From Candidatus Saccharimonadota bacterium (GTDB lineage Archaea > Nanobdellota > Nanobdellia > Pacearchaeales > GW2011-AR1), in the NCBI GenBank assembly GCA_026002795.1, contig BPGA01000001.1:90001-122000 (forward strand): a stretch of 32,000 nt of DNA. The letters are read 5' to 3'. Under the pieces are notes generated by a model that was not told the origin of the DNA, did no database searches, and was given only the letters and a program-made list of their open reading frames with translations. Made by a program: the position numbers and the translations under genes. Numbering within the stretch: the first letter of the stretch is position 1; every line of letters starts with the position of its first letter. This document shows positions 30,847 through 32,000 of the stretch, piece after piece.

Positions 30847-32000
30847 ATGAATGAAAAAAAAGATATAAAAAAAGAAACTTTTGAAGTTAGTTGGATAGAA
30901 AAATATAGACCAAAAAAGATTAGTGAAATAAGGGGTCAAAATCAAGCAATAGATAAAATAAAAGTTTTTCTTAAAAATTTTCCGAATAAAAGAGCTGCAA
31001 TTCTTTATGGTCCTCCTGGAACAGGAAAAACAAGTATTGTTTACGCTCTTGCTAATGAACTTAATTCAGAAATTTTAGAGTTAAATGCCTCTGATTTAAG
31101 AAGCGAAGAAAGGCTTATCTCAGTTTTAAAACCTGCAATTGAGCAAAAATCTTTAACTAAAGAAAGTAAAATAATTCTTATTGATGAGGTTGATGGAATT
31201 TCAAAAGAAGATGAAAACTGCATTAGCCAGATTATAAAAATATGTGGATCAAGCTTTTATCCTATTTTTCTAACTGCAAATGACATTTGGGATAGAAAAT
31301 TTGTTGAAATAAGAAATGTTGCAGACATCGTTCCGTTTAAAGAAATTGACTATAAAACAGCAAAAGAATTTTTAGTTGATATTTTGAAAAAAGAAAAAAA
31401 ATTTTTAGATAATGATATCATAACAAACATAGTAATAAAATCTAAAGGTGATTTAAGGGCAGCAATAAATGATTTACAAGTAGCAGCTATTTTAGAGGAA
31501 CCATCAAAGTTCTTAATTCATGAAAGAAATAAAGAAATAGATATTTTTAGCGCATTAAGAATTATTTTAAAGGGCAAACCCCAACTGGAATTTTTAAGAC
31601 TTTTTGATTCTGTTGATAAAAATTTAGACGAAATTTTTCTTTGGATAGAGGAAAACATACCTCTTGAATATAAAGATAAAGAGCTTTTGAGAGCTTATGA
31701 GATTTTAAGCAGAGTGGATATTTTTAGGAGAAGAATAAATAGACAGCAATACTGGAGATTTTTAGTTTATCAGAATGATTTGTTAAGTTATGGTATTTCA
31801 AGTGCAAAAGAGTCTGAAAAATTTGGATTTACAAGTTATAAAAAACCAACAAGAGTTTTAAAAATGTGGTTAAACAATCAAAAAACAGAAATAAAAAAAT
31901 CAATAATCCAAAAATATGCAAGATACATACACGTAAGTGAAAAAAAAGCAATGCAAGAGTTTCCAATAATAAAGAAGATCTTATTAAAGCAAGAAATCCA
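30847..32000 (+). CDS. rfcL: replication factor C large subunit (3' end beyond the window)
   Basis: Hand translation from the ATG at 30847 gives MNEKKDIKKETFEVSWIEKYRPKKISEIRGQNQAIDKIKVFL...AILYGPPGTGKTSIVYALANE...ILIDEVDGI...GDLRAAINDLQ. The frame stays open to the window end. It is absent from the track because it has no stop. Confidence 0.88.
   Translation, partial: MNEKKDIKKETFEVSWIEKYRPKKISEIRGQNQAIDKIKVFLKNFPNKRAAILYGPPGTGKTSIVYALANELNSEILELNASDLRSEERLISVLKPAIEQKSLTKESKIILIDEVDGISKEDENCISQIIKICGSSFYPIFLTANDIWDRKFVEIRNVADIVPFKEIDYKTAKEFLVDILKKEKKFLDNDIITNIVIKSKGDLRAAINDLQVAAILEEPSKFLIHERNKEIDIFSALRIILKGKPQLEFLRLFDSVDKNLDEIFLWIEENIPLEYKDKELLRAYEILSRVDIFRRRINRQQYWRFLVYQNDLLSYGISSAKESEKFGFTSYKKPTRVLKMWLNNQKTEIKKSIIQKYARYIHVSEKKAMQEFPIIKKILLKQEI

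Noticed and set aside
5558-31223. Short ORFs nested antisense in larger genes: 5558-5764, 11707-12054, 16380-16694, 20057-20254, 22478-22717, 26445-26639 and 31041-31223.
   Set aside because: Each lies wholly inside a longer, better-supported gene on the opposite strand and has AT-rich low-complexity content. The last one lies inside rfcL.
1-32000. CRISPR arrays, rRNA genes, transposases, integrases, toxin-antitoxin pairs and tRNA-fragment att repeats.
   Set aside because: I scanned both the intergenic and coding regions. All regularly spaced repeats seen are coding repeats, and no such genes or arrays were recognised.

Overview
AT-rich archaeal chromosome segment. Hand counts on housekeeping lines give about 28-33% G+C. 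The gene content fits a small-genome, DPANN-like archaeon. Supporting evidence: ThrRS with the archaeal N-terminal editing domain, archaeal/eukaryotic-type TrpRS, PheRS alpha and beta, RFC small and large subunits, RNase P Rpp30, ribosomal protein L41e, a tRNA with a bulge-helix-bulge intron, class III (archaeal pilin) signal peptides, and TTTATAAA boxes 25-30 nt upstream of start codons (leaderless style). The housekeeping core is thrS, trpS, ppsA, DUF357-pyrH-rnp3, pheS-pheT, rfcS-rfcL, rpl41e and five tRNAs: Ile-UAU with intron, Glu-UUC, Thr-GGU, Gln-CUG and Glu-CUC. The accessory part is more interesting. (1) The left 4.4 kb holds a minus-strand array of four frame-staggered tail-fibre-like repeat ORFs. 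It contains a visible 4-nt tandem-duplication frameshift, a roughly 50% G+C mosaic segment, six perfect copies of a GC-rich 14-mer and a perfect 145-bp internal repeat. Next to it is a ribbon-helix-helix gene whose divergent promoter carries a repeated GTAGGGTAA motif. (2) A single-pass receptor-like protein has a cytoplasmic domain resembling a class III cyclase that has lost both metal-binding aspartates. (3) Region 16.3-21.2 kb is a surface-filament neighbourhood: an orphan N-terminal domain of a FlaI/VirB11-type ATPase, two paralogous archaeal pilin-like proteins (one with a Gly-Gly-Thr tandem repeat and a Cys-rich tail), and two further membrane-anchored proteins. No CRISPR array, rRNA, transposase or integrase was recognised. 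All family assignments are by eye from remembered motifs; no searches were run.
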